64,000 nt of DNA, taken from NCBI GenBank assembly GCA_963728055.1, contig CAVSIM010000027.1, positions 157,866 through 221,865 on the forward strand, written 5' to 3'. The position numbers were made by a program, and so were the translations under genes. Source of the stretch: an uncultured delta proteobacterium (GTDB lineage: Bacteria > Desulfobacterota > Desulfobacteria > Desulfobacterales > SG8-13). How positions within the stretch are numbered: the stretch's first letter is position 1; the number at the start of each line of letters is the position of its first letter. Below, piece after piece: positions 9,501 through 18,784 of the stretch. Below the pieces are notes generated by a model. It saw only the letters and a program-made list of their open reading frames with translations. It made no database searches and had not been told where the DNA came from.

Positions 9501-10535
9501 ATGCTGGAGGGATGTCACACCGCCATTATCACACCGTTTGACGGCGCCGGCGTCGATTACGACGGCCTGGAGGCCCTGGTCGCGTTTCAGATTCGAAACG
9601 GCATCAGCGGCGTTCTGGCCGCCGGAACAACCGGTGAGAGTCCCGTGCTGTCCTGGAACGAACACAACCGTGTCATAGAGACGGTGGCGGCCGGCACCCG
9701 CGGCAAATGCCGCTGCATCGCCGGAACCGGCAGCAACAACACCAGCGAGTCGCTGGCGGGCACCGCACATGCCGTCGAGGCCGGTGCGGATGCGGTCCTG
9801 CTGGTCGACCCGTACTACAACGGACCCAGTTCGCTGGAAATCCGCCGCGAATACGTCGCGCCGGTGGCCGAGGCCTTTCCGGAAGTCCAGATCATCCCGT
9901 ACGTCATTCCGGGACGAACGGGCGCCCAGCTGCTGCCGCAGGACCTGGCGCTCCTGAACCGATCTTATCCGAATGTCCGCAGCGTCAAGGAAGCCACCGG
10001 CGATCTGGACAACATGAAGCGCACGCGGGCGTTCTGCGGGCCGGCGTATACGATTTTATCCGGCGACGACGGCATGACCTTTGCCATGATGACGGACCCC
10101 GCAATCATGGCGGCCGGCGTGATTTCCGTCGCCTCCAATATCGCGCCGAGGGCGGTCGTGCGCATGGTCGGCCTGCTGCGCGAAGGACGCGCGGACGAGG
10201 CGCGGCAGCTGATGTCGGCCCTCGAGCCGTTGTTCGGACTGGTCACCGTCAAGACCACCGAAAAAACGCCATACGGCGATGCGGTCTGCCGGGCCCGCAA
10301 CCCCCTGGCGGTCAAGGCCCTGATGACCATCCTGGGGATGCCTTCCGGCGGCTGCCGCCGGCCGCTGGGCAAAATGACCCGCAACGGCCTCGAGGTCGTG
10401 CTCGGGGCGGCGCGCACCATTTTGTCGAAAACCCCTGAAATCTTCGAACCGGTGGCCGAATTCTTCGGCGTCGACATTGCCGCCCGGCTCGAAAATCCCG
10501 CGCTGCGGGAGACCCTGGCCTACCCGGAGTATTGA
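9501..10535 (+). CDS. dapA: 4-hydroxy-tetrahydrodipicolinate synthase family protein (DapA-like)
   Basis: TPF..G.VD start, GTTGES motif and Schiff-base lysine context SVKEATGDL. At 344 aa it has a C-terminal extension of about 50 aa compared with typical DapA. Confidence 0.8.
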   Translation: MLEGCHTAIITPFDGAGVDYDGLEALVAFQIRNGISGVLAAGTTGESPVLSWNEHNRVIETVAAGTRGKCRCIAGTGSNNTSESLAGTAHAVEAGADAVLLVDPYYNGPSSLEIRREYVAPVAEAFPEVQIIPYVIPGRTGAQLLPQDLALLNRSYPNVRSVKEATGDLDNMKRTRAFCGPAYTILSGDDGMTFAMMTDPAIMAAGVISVASNIAPRAVVRMVGLLREGRADEARQLMSALEPLFGLVTVKTTEKTPYGDAVCRARNPLAVKALMTILGMPSGGCRRPLGKMTRNGLEVVLGAARTILSKTPEIFEPVAEFFGVDIAARLENPALRETLAYPEY

Positions 10536-10576
10536 GGCCGGGCGACTCGACCAACGGCACCGCTTGGGGATGGACC

Positions 10577-11374
10577 CTAAACGGTTGGGCCTTTCGCGTC
10601 GGTCGCGGGGCGGATTTTGACGTCACCTTCTTTGAAAATCAGCCATTTCAACCACGTCATTCCGAATTTGAGCAGCGCGATGTCATCTGTTTTCATGGCC
10701 GCCACCGTATCGTCGTCGACGACATAGCGCGCCAGGAACGAACTGCCGAAGACGAAAGCCCTGAACGAGTCGATGTCGTAGCTGGCCAGAAAGAACATTT
10801 TCTTGGTTTGTTCGGTCAGCTTCAGGTTCGGGGGAAACGAGCGCTTGCGAACCATCAGGTCGGTCCAGTCGGCGTTGACCTCGTCGCGCGTGTCGACGCC
10901 CTGATCCTCGCGCCAGTCCCGCACACGCCACACCTGATCTTCCTGGAAGCCGTGACAGTGCGGTTCGTTGACGAAAAAATAAAACCCGGATTCGTCCGCA
11001 CCTTCGCGGTAACTCAGCGAAGCGACGCCCAAGGGGTAATACCGGCAGGTGGTGGGCCTGTCCGCGTACACGATACAGCCGTCCTCCCGGACAAACGGGC
11101 AGGACTTCTGGTCGTCATCCAGCAGTTTGAGGGTCACCACCGGCAGATCGGTTTTCTCCAGCAGCCGCACGTCGGTGTACAGGGCTAAAAAATCTTCCGA
11201 GGTCAGCTGCAACCGTTTTTTGAGCCGGATGATGTCATAGGGCGTCAGGACGATGTTGATCCCGCGGCAGCATTTGGTGAAGCAGTCGATGTCCTTGTGG
11301 CACTTGAATTTGAACCGGTTCTCCAGGCCGAGCTGCATCGGCTCGATCCCGGCTTTGTTTTCACTGTCTGACAT
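10577..11374 (-). CDS. YkgJ/UPF0153-family cysteine-cluster protein
   Basis: N-terminal Cys cluster (CHKDIDCFTKCC) and second motif SCPFVREDGCIVYADRPTTCRYYP, both typical of this Zn/Fe-chelating family. Confidence 0.75.
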   Translation of the reverse strand: MSDSENKAGIEPMQLGLENRFKFKCHKDIDCFTKCCRGINIVLTPYDIIRLKKRLQLTSEDFLALYTDVRLLEKTDLPVVTLKLLDDDQKSCPFVREDGCIVYADRPTTCRYYPLGVASLSYREGADESGFYFFVNEPHCHGFQEDQVWRVRDWREDQGVDTRDEVNADWTDLMVRKRSFPPNLKLTEQTKKMFFLASYDIDSFRAFVFGSSFLARYVVDDDTVAAMKTDDIALLKFGMTWLKWLIFKEGDVKIRPATDAKGPTV

Positions 11375-11608
11375 TCCAGGCCTTTCGCTCAGTGGTTCGA
11401 ATCGATTTAAGACCGGGAAAAATATCCCGGGCTGCCGATGGGCCGAACCCTATCCGAGCCTGGCGGGCATGTCAACCCGCAGCCGGCCGATGCGGGGGAT
11501 CGCCTTGCCTTTGATTCCTTCACAAATTAGGTCTTGATTTAAAGGCTGAATTTACTATATCGCTTGCACAGGTGACACGAGAAAAAAATCAGCGTTAAGG
11601 AGAAAATC

Positions 11609-12673
11609 ATGCCGGTGACCATCAAGAAATCCGCTAAACTCAAAACCAAACCGGACGAGCAGCATCTCGGGTTCGGTTCGCATTTCACGGATCACATGTT
11701 CAACATGGATTATGACCCCGAAAAGGGCTGGCACAACCCGCGCATCGAGCCGTATGCCCCGATTGTCATGGACCCGGCCACGATGGTGCTGCATTACGGA
11801 CAGGGGGTTTTCGAGGGGCTTAAAGCCTACCGGAACCAAAAAGGTGGCGTTCAACTGTTCCGGCCGATCGAAAATGTCAGGCGCCTGAACCGGTCCGCAC
11901 GCCGGCTGTGCATTCCGGAAGTCGACGAGCAGGGGTTCCTGGAAGCCCTCAAACAGTTGATCGCCGCCGAAAAGGACTGGGTGCCCCACGCGCCCGAGAC
12001 CTCGCTCTACATCCGGCCGACCATCATCGCCACCGATCCGTTTCTCGGGGTCCGGGCATCCAAAACCTACCGGTTGTTCGTGATCCTCTCGCCGGTCGGG
12101 GCCTATTATCCGGAAGGCTTCAACCCCATCAAGATCTGGGTCACCAGGGACTACGTGCGCGCGGTGCGCGGCGGCGTGGGAGAAGCCAAGACGCCCGGCA
12201 ACTACGCCGCCAGTCTGCTGGCCGGCAACAAGGCGCATGCCGAGGGCTATACCCAGGTGCTGTGGCTGGACGGCGTGGAGCAGAAGTACCTTGAAGAGGT
12301 CGGCTCCATGAATATCTTCTTTGTCATCGACGGCGAGATCATCACCCCGATGCTCAACGGCAGCATCCTTCCGGGCATCACCCGCGACAGCGTCATAAAG
12401 ATGGCCGAGCACTGGCAGATGAAGATAAGCGAGCGGCTGATCGGCATCGACGAGTTGATCGACGCCCACCGGTCCGGCAAGCTGAGCGAAATTTTCGGGG
12501 CCGGCACCGCCGCGGTTATCTCACCGGTGGGCGAGATCAAGTACGGCGATCGGGTTTATGCCGTGGCGGACGGCCAAGTCGGCCGGCTGGCCAAAAAATT
12601 CTATGACGCTCTGACCGACATCCAGTATGGGCGCGCCGAGGATCCCATGGGCTGGATCGATCCGGTTCTGTAG
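11609..12673 (+). CDS. ilvE: Branched-chain amino acid aminotransferase
   Basis: 354-aa ORF with GFGSHFTDHMF and HYGQGVFEGLKAYR motifs of class IV aminotransferases. GGAGAA RBS. Confidence 0.9.
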   Translation: MPVTIKKSAKLKTKPDEQHLGFGSHFTDHMFNMDYDPEKGWHNPRIEPYAPIVMDPATMVLHYGQGVFEGLKAYRNQKGGVQLFRPIENVRRLNRSARRLCIPEVDEQGFLEALKQLIAAEKDWVPHAPETSLYIRPTIIATDPFLGVRASKTYRLFVILSPVGAYYPEGFNPIKIWVTRDYVRAVRGGVGEAKTPGNYAASLLAGNKAHAEGYTQVLWLDGVEQKYLEEVGSMNIFFVIDGEIITPMLNGSILPGITRDSVIKMAEHWQMKISERLIGIDELIDAHRSGKLSEIFGAGTAAVISPVGEIKYGDRVYAVADGQVGRLAKKFYDALTDIQYGRAEDPMGWIDPVL

Positions 12674-12719
12674 ACCGCTTCGCCCGGATCATGTCGACCC
12701 GCACCGAGGAAAAAGCGAA

Positions 12720-14123
12720 ATGACTCCTGACCAGGACAGCGCCCATCTGGCGTCCTTCGAAGCGAAGCTGAACAAGGAAGGACTGCCGCCGGTGGTCATC
12801 GACACCTTCGGCTATTATTATCACCGGCTCGTCGACGGGGAAACCGGTCTGATCCCCGAACGCGACATCGACCCGGTTGCGCCGGGGGAGCTCGAGGCCG
12901 CCGAAAACCTGGCGCACTGCGCGAGGGCCGGCGCGGCGGTATTCAAAAAAGCCGTGCGGATCGTTCTGAACGGGGGCCTGGGCACCAGCATGGGCTTGAC
13001 GGGCGCCAAGAGCCTATTGGAAGTCAAAGAGGGCCGGTCGTTTCTCGAGATTATCGTGCGCCAGGCACGCCGCACGGGCGTCGAACTGGCGCTGATGAAC
13101 AGCTTCAACACCCATCGGGAGACCCTGGCCGCCCTCGAAAAAATCGATCCGGGTCACGCGCCGCTGACGTTTCTCCAGAACAAATTTCCGAAAATATTGC
13201 AAAAGGATCTAAGTCCGGCTGCCTGGCCGCAAAACCCCGACCTCGAATGGAACCCACCCGGACACGGCGACGTGTTTACGGCCCTTTATTCAGCGGGAAT
13301 GCTCCAGCGCCTGCTCGACCAAGGGATCACATACGCTTTCATTTCCAATTCCGACAACCTGGGCGCCCATCTCGATGCCGCGCTTCTCGGCTATTTTGCC
13401 GATAACCGCTTTCCCTTCATGATGGAAGTGGCCGAAAAAACGGCCGCCGACGTCAAGGGCGGCCACCTGGCCCGTCTGAAGGACGGACGGCTGGTTTTGC
13501 GGGAAATGTCCCAGTGCCCGGAGGAAGACAAAGATGCGTGCCTGGATATCGATCGCTACCGGTTCTTCAACACCAACAACATCTGGGTCAATCTCGAGTT
13601 CCTGAAGGACCTGATCAAAAGGGATAAGGCGATTCGTCTGCCGATGATCCTCAACCCCAAGAATCTGGATCCACGGGACAAGAGCAGTCCCGAGGTGTTT
13701 CAGATCGAAACGGCGATGGGCGCGGCCATTTCGCTGTTCGATGGTGCCGCGGCGGTCAGGGTGCCCCGCTCGCGGTTTTTCCCGGTCAAAATGTGCAGCG
13801 ATCTCATGGCGGTCAGATCGGATTGCTTCATCTTCGATGCCGACGGCTACCTGGTCGTCAACCCCGAGCGGCAAAAAAAAGGCCTGCCCGAGACCATCAC
13901 CATCGACCTGGACCCCGACTTTTACGCCAAAATCGATCAGTTCGATGCCCGCTTCGCCTCCGGCATCCCGTCTTTGGTTGCCTGCGAGTCATTGAAAATC
14001 GAGGGGGATGTGGGGTTCGAAAGCGGCGTCAGGATTGCCGGCCGGGTCCTGATCAAAAACAGCCGCGCATCCCGGGTGACGATTGAAAAGGGCGCGGTCA
14101 TCGACACCGACCTGCAGTTTTAA
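12720..14123 (+). CDS. UTP--glucose-1-phosphate uridylyltransferase, UDPGP (eukaryote-type) family
   Basis: LNGGLGTSMG nucleotide-binding loop and NSFNTH motif of the UDPGP family. ATG at 12720 (MTPDQDS..) was chosen because the longer track ORF overlaps the ilvE 3' end. Confidence 0.85.
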   Translation: MTPDQDSAHLASFEAKLNKEGLPPVVIDTFGYYYHRLVDGETGLIPERDIDPVAPGELEAAENLAHCARAGAAVFKKAVRIVLNGGLGTSMGLTGAKSLLEVKEGRSFLEIIVRQARRTGVELALMNSFNTHRETLAALEKIDPGHAPLTFLQNKFPKILQKDLSPAAWPQNPDLEWNPPGHGDVFTALYSAGMLQRLLDQGITYAFISNSDNLGAHLDAALLGYFADNRFPFMMEVAEKTAADVKGGHLARLKDGRLVLREMSQCPEEDKDACLDIDRYRFFNTNNIWVNLEFLKDLIKRDKAIRLPMILNPKNLDPRDKSSPEVFQIETAMGAAISLFDGAAAVRVPRSRFFPVKMCSDLMAVRSDCFIFDADGYLVVNPERQKKGLPETITIDLDPDFYAKIDQFDARFASGIPSLVACESLKIEGDVGFESGVRIAGRVLIKNSRASRVTIEKGAVIDTDLQF

Positions 14124-14126
14124 GCT

Positions 14127-17100
14127 ATGACCGTATGCGATTGGCTGCGCCAGCAACCGGCTCCCGGAAGCCGGATGCTGACGTATCGCGGCGACACCCT
14201 GACCTTTTCCCTCACCCTCGATCGCCCGCGCCAGGGCAGTGCCTGGCTCAGGACCAATATCGGGTCGGCGCGGCTGGTCCGCGCCGAAATCATCCGCGCC
14301 GTCGATCTCGAAGAAGAGCCCTTGGGCCGCGGCTGGTTCGATCGGCCCATGGCCCCCGTCGATTCCCGTCACTTTCGCATCACCTTGCCGCTTTGCGAAA
14401 CCGGGCATTTCGAGGCCAAGTGTTTCTTCCTCGAACAGGTGGCCTCACAGCCGGCCTGGCCCTCCGGCGCGAACGTCGCGGTCAATGTCGAGCCGGCGGA
14501 CACCTGCTGCGCCAACATCATCTACAACGCCTTCGTGCGGCAGTTCGGGCCCAACAAATCCGGCGCTTTCACGCCGCCGGTGGACACCGCGGCCATCAGC
14601 GCCCTGGACCGGGCCGGGTTTGCCGTCATTCCCCCCTCCGGCACTTTCCGGGACCTCGTCCGGGAACTGGATTTCATCATCGGTGAACTCGGCTGCCGGA
14701 TCCTGCAGCTGCTGCCTATCCATCCCACCCCCACGACGTATGGCCGCATGGGGCGTTTCGGAAGCCCCTATGCGGCGCTGAGCTTCACCGACGTCGACCC
14801 GGCCCTGGCCGAATTCGACCCGGCGGCCACCCCCCTGGAACAATTCATCGAACTGGTGGACGGCGTTCACGCCCGCAGCGCCAGGATCATCATCGACATT
14901 GCCATCAATCACACCGGCTGGGCGGCCGGGCTGCACGAATCCAACCCCCAGTGGCTGGCGCGGGACACCTCCGGCCAGATCGAGGTGCCGGGGGCATGGG
15001 GGGTACGCTGGGAGGATCTCACCAAACTCGATTATTCCAATCTCGACCTCTGGCAGTACATGGCCGATGTGCTGTTGAAATGGTGTCGCCGCGGCGTGGA
15101 CGGCTTCCGCTGCGATGCCGGTTACATGATCCCGGTCGCGGCCTGGCACTACATTATCGCACGGGTCCGGCAACAGTATCCGGAGACGATCTTTTTTCTG
15201 GAAGGCCTGGGCGGCAAGCTCGCCGTGACGCGCGAGCTGCTCAACCGGGCCAATTTCAACTGGGCCTACTCCGAACTCTTCCAGAACTACGACCGCGGCC
15301 AGATCGAAGCGTATTTGCCGTCCACCTTCGAAATTTCCGCGCAGGACGGCGTCATGGTGAATTTTGCCGAAACCCACGACAATATGCGCCTGGCCGACCG
15401 ATCGCCGGACTATGCAAGGATGCGCACCGCCCTGTGCGCGCTGTTTGCCCCCCAGGGCGCCTTCGGCTTCGCCAACGGGGTGGAGTGGTTTGCGACCGAA
15501 AAAATCGATGTCCACAAAGCGCCCTCGCTGAACTGGGGGGCCGACATCAACCAGGTCGCCGAGGTCCGTCGCCTCAACAGCCTGCTGCGCAGTCACCCGG
15601 CCTTCGCCGCGGGCTGCGACCTCCGGCTGGTCCAGCAGGGGGACGGCAACCAGCTGGTGCTCTTGCGCGATCACCGGGCCTCCGGTAAAAAACTGATCGT
15701 GGCGGTCAATCTCGATGACCGGCATCCCACGTGGGCGACCTGGAGCGTTTCGGCCACGGGCCCGGCCGGGCCGGATTTCATCGATTTGCTGACCGGCCGA
15801 CCGGTGTCGGCCGCCACCGACGGCGACCGGCTCGTGCTGGACCTGGGCCCGTGCCAGGTGCTGTGCCTTACGCCGGATGCAACCGATCTCGATTTGATGC
15901 GCGATGCACCCGCCGGTTTTCTGGAGCCCCCGCGACGGTCGCTGCAGCAGCGCTTTCGTGCCAAGGCCCTGGAAGTTTTCACTTTCTATAATGATACCGG
16001 TGATATCGGCGGATTCGACCTCGAGCGGGCCGCAGCGGAACTGGGACGCAACCCGCTGGGTTTCTGCCGCGGCCTCATTCCCGGCGGGGACGAGCCGCGC
16101 GTCGTCACCTGGCAGTGGCCGCAGGATCGGCGCCGGCAGGTGATGGTGCCGCCGGGGCACTTTCTCCTGGTGCGCCTCGATGCGCGGTTCAGGGCCTGTA
16201 TCGTGGCGGCGAACGGCCCTCTCGGGTATGAAGATGGATTGCCCGCCGGTGACGGGTCGTTTTTCGCGCTGTTCACGCCCTTGCCGGTGCGCGGCAAGTC
16301 CTGGAGCCCCACCTTGAAAATCAGCGTCTTTGCCCCCGAAGGCAGCCGGCACATCGACGCACCGCTGCGCGTTCTGGCCCGGCCGCGGGATGTCAAAATA
16401 AAACATACGTTCGGCCGCCCCCAATTGCTGCACCACGATTTTCTTTTCCTGGCGACCAATGGGCGCGGCGGTATGCTGCGGGCCGGCGTCTCGTGGGGCC
16501 AGTTGAAAAGCCGCTACGATGCGCTGCTGGCCGCCAATCTGAATCCGGAAATCCCCGAAGACCGCTGCATCCTGTTTTCGCGCTGCCGCGCCTGGGTGGT
16601 CTACCAGGGTTACTCGCAGGAAATCGGAAACGACTGCCTGAGCGCGTTCCGGTTCAACGGCGGCGGACCGGGCAAATGGCGCTTCCAGGTGCCGACCGGT
16701 CAGGGAGAATCGGTCGCTCTGGACATCTGGGCCGAAATGCTGCCCTCAAAAAATACCGTGCGGCTCACGTTTCACCGCCACCCGGCCGGCGCAGCCCGGC
16801 GGCGGCTGGACGACCGCCACCCGGTCCAGTTGATCCTGCGGCCGGACATCGAGTGCCGCGGATTTCATGAAACCGTCAAGGCCTATCTGGGCCCCGAGCA
16901 GCACTGGCCTGAAGCGGTCCAATCTCTGCCGGACGGATTCTCGTTCACCCCCGCCGCCGGCGTTTGCCTCAAAATGAACGTCAACGGCGGACACTTCATT
17001 TCCGAGCCCGAATGGCACTACATGGTCTACCACCCTCTAGAGGCCGAACGCGGTCTGGATCCGCATTCGGACCTTTACAGCCCCGGCTATTTTTCCCTTT

Positions 17101-18416
17101 TTCTGGAAGGTGGACAGACCCGGGTCCTGACCGCCGGCGTCAACGCGGACGCCGACCCTGCGGCAGCCACCGCTCCCGCAGCCGGAATACCTGCGGGCGG
17201 CGCATCGAACCTGGTGGAGACGCTCAAGACCAGCCTCGACCAGTATGTCGTTCGGCGCGGCGACCTCGAATCGGTGATCGCCGGCTATCCCTGGTTTCTC
17301 GACTGGGGCCGCGATTCGCTGATCGCCGTACGCGGGCTGATCGCCGCCGGCCGCCGGCAAACCGCCCGCGCCGTGCTGAAGCAGTTCGGGCAGTTCGAGA
17401 GTCAGGGCACGATTCCGAACATGATCCACGGGCAGGATGCCGGCAACCGGGATACCTCAGATGGCCCCTTGTGGTTTTTCACGGCCTGCGCCGACCTGGT
17501 GGCGGCCGAAGGCGGCGAGGACTTTCTCGACAGCACCTGGAACGGCCGGACCATCCGCGCGATCCTTGTTTCCATGGCCGAATCGCTGATACGCGGCACT
17601 CCCAACGGCATTCGGATGGACCCGGCTTCGGGCCTTATTTTCAGCCCGGCGCACTTCACCTGGATGGACACCAATCATCCCGCCGCCACCCCGCGCGAGG
17701 GGTATCCGATCGAGATCCAGGCCCTGTGGCACCGGGCGCTGGAATTTTTGACGCGCATCGATCCCGCCGGCCGCAAGCGGTGGGGCGGCATCATGCGCCA
17801 GGTTTCCGACGCTCTGCTCACGCTGTATTATCGCGAGCCCAGCGGCTATTTCTCGGATTGCCTGCACGCCTCTCCTGGCACCGCCGCGAAGGCCGCCGAA
17901 CCCGACGATGCCCTGCGGCCCAACCAGCTGCTGGTGCTGACGCTGGGGGCCCTGGCCGAACCCGCGATCGCCCGGTCGGTTCTGGGCGCCTGCGAGGCGC
18001 TGCTGGTGCCGGGCGGCATCCGCAGCCTGGCTGACAAAGAGGTCAAGCGCCCGCTGGCCGTCAGCCACCATGGCCGGATCGTCAATGACCCGCATCACCC
18101 CTACCAGGGCCGGTATGAGGGCGATGAGGACAGCCGGCGCAAGCCGGCGTATCACAATGGCACGGCCTGGACCTGGCTTTTTCCCTCCTATTGTGAAGCC
18201 TGGGCCAACGCATACGGCGCCGACGGCCGCCGCAGCGCCTTGGCCTGGCTCGGCAGCGGCGTCGAGCTGATCAACCGGGGCTGCATCGGTCACGTGCCGG
18301 AAATCCTCGATGGCGACTTCCCGCACCTCCCGCGCGGCTGCGACGCTCAAGCCTGGGGGGTGAGCGAACTGCTGCGGGTCTGGCTGGCGCTGACCCGTGA
18401 AAACGTCCCCCTTTAA
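14127..18416 (+). CDS. Fusion protein: GH13 alpha-amylase-family domain plus archaeal-type glycogen debranching enzyme (GDE_N/GDE_C amylo-alpha-1,6-glucosidase)
   Basis: All four GH13 regions are present (DIAINHTG, GVDGFRCDAGYMIP, FFLEGLGG, NFAETHDN). The C-terminal half has GYPWFLDWGRDSLIAVRGL and AYHNGTAWTWLF, typical of GDE_C six-hairpin glucosidases. The start is 3 nt after the UGPase stop. Confidence 0.85.
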   Translation: MTVCDWLRQQPAPGSRMLTYRGDTLTFSLTLDRPRQGSAWLRTNIGSARLVRAEIIRAVDLEEEPLGRGWFDRPMAPVDSRHFRITLPLCETGHFEAKCFFLEQVASQPAWPSGANVAVNVEPADTCCANIIYNAFVRQFGPNKSGAFTPPVDTAAISALDRAGFAVIPPSGTFRDLVRELDFIIGELGCRILQLLPIHPTPTTYGRMGRFGSPYAALSFTDVDPALAEFDPAATPLEQFIELVDGVHARSARIIIDIAINHTGWAAGLHESNPQWLARDTSGQIEVPGAWGVRWEDLTKLDYSNLDLWQYMADVLLKWCRRGVDGFRCDAGYMIPVAAWHYIIARVRQQYPETIFFLEGLGGKLAVTRELLNRANFNWAYSELFQNYDRGQIEAYLPSTFEISAQDGVMVNFAETHDNMRLADRSPDYARMRTALCALFAPQGAFGFANGVEWFATEKIDVHKAPSLNWGADINQVAEVRRLNSLLRSHPAFAAGCDLRLVQQGDGNQLVLLRDHRASGKKLIVAVNLDDRHPTWATWSVSATGPAGPDFIDLLTGRPVSAATDGDRLVLDLGPCQVLCLTPDATDLDLMRDAPAGFLEPPRRSLQQRFRAKALEVFTFYNDTGDIGGFDLERAAAELGRNPLGFCRGLIPGGDEPRVVTWQWPQDRRRQVMVPPGHFLLVRLDARFRACIVAANGPLGYEDGLPAGDGSFFALFTPLPVRGKSWSPTLKISVFAPEGSRHIDAPLRVLARPRDVKIKHTFGRPQLLHHDFLFLATNGRGGMLRAGVSWGQLKSRYDALLAANLNPEIPEDRCILFSRCRAWVVYQGYSQEIGNDCLSAFRFNGGGPGKWRFQVPTGQGESVALDIWAEMLPSKNTVRLTFHRHPAGAARRRLDDRHPVQLILRPDIECRGFHETVKAYLGPEQHWPEAVQSLPDGFSFTPAAGVCLKMNVNGGHFISEPEWHYMVYHPLEAERGLDPHSDLYSPGYFSLFLEGGQTRVLTAGVNADADPAAATAPAAGIPAGGASNLVETLKTSLDQYVVRRGDLESVIAGYPWFLDWGRDSLIAVRGLIAAGRRQTARAVLKQFGQFESQGTIPNMIHGQDAGNRDTSDGPLWFFTACADLVAAEGGEDFLDSTWNGRTIRAILVSMAESLIRGTPNGIRMDPASGLIFSPAHFTWMDTNHPAATPREGYPIEIQALWHRALEFLTRIDPAGRKRWGGIMRQVSDALLTLYYREPSGYFSDCLHASPGTAAKAAEPDDALRPNQLLVLTLGALAEPAIARSVLGACEALLVPGGIRSLADKEVKRPLAVSHHGRIVNDPHHPYQGRYEGDEDSRRKPAYHNGTAWTWLFPSYCEAWANAYGADGRRSALAWLGSGVELINRGCIGHVPEILDGDFPHLPRGCDAQAWGVSELLRVWLALTRENVPL

Positions 18417-18784
18417 CCGCTGCACCCCCCTGACATCAACGTGGTCAATCCAAATACTGATGGATAGAAGTTCCGGAAATCAGCCGCATCCACCCTTTGG
18501 GCCTTGACCCCCTCGGTTCAGTACACGCCGAAGACCGATCCCGGCAACCGAAAGCGTTATCTTGAAACCGGTCGTCGAACCCGCCGCGATCTTCTCTTGA
18601 CAGGCCACCGCGGAAAGTCGCCCACCGAATGCCTCTCTCAAATTGACCCTTTACTTTGTACCGGTATCATATAAAAATAGGGGCTTTACGAACCCTTGCT
18701 GCATCCACCGATGCCCGTGATCCAAAGGGCCCGAGACGGCCCGCCGTTCTCCACGACCTCCGAGCATGAAAAGGACCCGTTCCT

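Noticed and set aside
11387-11403. tRNA-like string GCTCAGTGGTTCGAATC
   Set aside because: D-loop-like and T-loop-like sequences sit directly adjacent, with no acceptor or anticodon arms. The string lies in the 5' leader/promoter region of the YkgJ gene. It is not a tRNA.
14445-16436. 663-aa minus-strand ORF inside the GH13-GDE fusion gene
   Set aside because: It is antisense to a gene with strong catalytic motifs, is Arg/Gly/Pro-rich and has no recognisable domain. This is a shadow ORF.
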